From Polyangiales bacterium (lineage in GTDB: Bacteria > Myxococcota_A > Polyangia > Polyangiales > Polyangiaceae), in NCBI GenBank assembly GCA_038231275.1, contig JBBRLQ010000024.1, positions 32,001-96,000 of the forward strand: a DNA stretch of 64,000 nt. Reading direction: 5' to 3'. Both the position numbers and the translations under genes were made by a program. Below, piece by piece: positions 59,917-64,000 of the stretch. The stretch's first letter is position 1; each line of letters starts with the position of its first letter. A model generated the notes under the pieces. The model worked only from the letters and a program-made list of their open reading frames with translations. It was not told where the DNA came from and made no database searches.

Positions 59917-61440
59917 TCACGCCGGCTTGGCGACGGGGAGAACGAGCTCGAACATGACGCCGTCGGGGCTCGGCACCAGCGCGACGGTCGCGCGCAGATC
60001 GGCGCAGATGCGACGCACGATCGCGAGGCCCAGGCCGGTCCCCATCGGCTTCGTCGTGAAGAACGGCTCGAACATTCGCTTGGCGACGGGATCGGGGATC
60101 ACCGGGCCGTCGTTCCACACAGTCAGGACGACCTGCCCGTCGCCGCGGCGGAGCGCGCCGACCTTCACCTTGCCGTGCGGCGCGGCGTGTTGGAACGCGT
60201 TGACGAGCACGTTGAGCGCGGCGCGCCGGAGCAGCGTCGCGTCGGAGAGCACGAGGAGATCGTCCGCCACCTCGACGTCCAGCTCGGGACTACGCGAGAC
60301 GAACGACGGATCGTGACGCGCCGCGCGCACCGCCTCCGCGACGACCGCCGACAGCGCCGTGGGCTCGAGGCTGGCGACCGACGTGCTGGCGAAGTCGAGC
60401 AAGTCAGTGACGAGACGCTTCAGGCGCTCGGCCTCCTGCCGCAAGATCTCGAGAAGAGCGCGCTGGTCGGGGCCCTGCGCAACGTCGATGCGCTCGAGGG
60501 TGCCGACGGCGTTGAACATGATGCCGAGCGGGTTCCGGACCTCGTGCGCGAGCACGGCGGCCATCTCCCCGACCGCGGCGAGGCGCTCGCGACGGACCAT
60601 CTCGGTGCGCAGATCGCCGAGGCGCTGCGCCGCCGCGACCTGGGCTGCGAAGAGCTGGATCGCCACGAAATCGTGCTCCGTCATGTCGCGTCCCATCACC
60701 GACAGCACGTGCGTGATCCGGTCGCTCGCGCGCACGGGACACCACACGCTGCGCACGAGGCGCGCGCGCTCCATGGTGTCGGACAGCGTCACGGCCTCGG
60801 CGACGGCGCCGACGAAGGTCGTCGGGAGGTTGTCGAGGAAGATGGCCTCTCCGCGCCGCGCGACCTCGGCGACGACAGGCATCGTGCACGTCATCCGCGG
60901 CTTGCCGAGGAGCGAGCGACCGTAGTCGCCGAGGGGTCCGGCCGGCGCGACGACGCGGCAGACGAAGGAACCCTCGTCGTGCAGCTCGGTGAGGGCGACG
61001 ACCCAGTCGAGCGCATGGAAGATCGGCTCGCTCGCGTCGAAGAGTGCGCCGGTTCCGTCGAGGCCGCTCGGGAGCTGCGCGAGCCGCCCGATGAGCGCCT
61101 CGGCGCGCGTGGCGGAGGTGACGTCGCGCGCGATGAGCAGCGTCGCCGACGACGGAAGGCGCGACCACGAAATCTCCGCAAGGAACGACGGCCCGTCGGC
61201 TGGGACGAAGCGCATGCGGCAGGAGGCGCCGCCGGCCACTCCGCCCGCGCGTTGCGCGTCAAGGAGCTCGAAGCGCGCGAGCTCTCCGGGCGCCAAGAGC
61301 GCCGCGAACGATTGGCCAGAGAGATCGGCGCCGCGACCGAAGAGGCGACGGGCCGCGGCGTTGGCGCTCACGACGACGCACCCCTCGAGCAGGAGCACGG
61401 CGTCGGGCAGCGCGTCGAGGATCTCGACGGGCGACTCCAC
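59917..61440 (-). CDS. Cytoplasmic PAS/GAF histidine kinase
   Basis: PAS start ILDALPDAV..ANAAA; GAF-like middle; AHEVRNPL, FEPFFTTK..GTGLGL. Confidence 0.9.
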   Translation of the reverse strand: MESPVEILDALPDAVLLLEGCVVVSANAAARRLFGRGADLSGQSFAALLAPGELARFELLDAQRAGGVAGGASCRMRFVPADGPSFLAEISWSRLPSSATLLIARDVTSATRAEALIGRLAQLPSGLDGTGALFDASEPIFHALDWVVALTELHDEGSFVCRVVAPAGPLGDYGRSLLGKPRMTCTMPVVAEVARRGEAIFLDNLPTTFVGAVAEAVTLSDTMERARLVRSVWCPVRASDRITHVLSVMGRDMTEHDFVAIQLFAAQVAAAQRLGDLRTEMVRRERLAAVGEMAAVLAHEVRNPLGIMFNAVGTLERIDVAQGPDQRALLEILRQEAERLKRLVTDLLDFASTSVASLEPTALSAVVAEAVRAARHDPSFVSRSPELDVEVADDLLVLSDATLLRRAALNVLVNAFQHAAPHGKVKVGALRRGDGQVVLTVWNDGPVIPDPVAKRMFEPFFTTKPMGTGLGLAIVRRICADLRATVALVPSPDGVMFELVLPVAKPA

Positions 61441-61446
61441 GGGGCG

Positions 61447-63945
<2,499 letters not shown>

Positions 63946-64000
63946 CCGGGGGCCAGTATAGCCGGGTTATTTAACCAACGGCGAGGGTAGGCTCCTCGAC

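Overview
High-GC chromosomal window, most likely from Myxococcota (Polyangiales/Labilithrix-like). That call is inferred from the TIGR02266-type PilZ gene, AglRQS-like motors, Ser/Thr kinase-PEGA modules and many Cys-rich lipoproteins. Housekeeping content: two-RRM protein, rpmG (missed by the ORF track), mreBCD-mrdA-rodA, hppA, hslO, lysA, pyk, nadA, alr, mlaE, glycerate kinase and an acyl-CoA synthetase. This is interleaved with many envelope lipoproteins. I found no rRNA, tRNA, CRISPR array, transposase or integrase. Best leads: (1) two repeated Ser/Thr kinase / TPR-PEGA / partner modules that look like a trans-envelope signalling or display system; (2) two head-to-head 1xTolQ+2xTolR motor operons with no TonB and a perfect 16-bp inverted repeat between them; (3) an orphan Mod-like DNA methyltransferase with a 9-bp tandem repeat abutting its start; (4) an Hsp70 with about 310 aa inserted at the interdomain linker and no lid; (5) a split DUF4331 operon; (6) a structured 5' leader on a divergent-type hppA; (7) (GTCGGA)n microsatellites bracketing a duplicated IgGFc-binding lipoprotein. 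All family calls come from motif recognition by eye; no database search was run.
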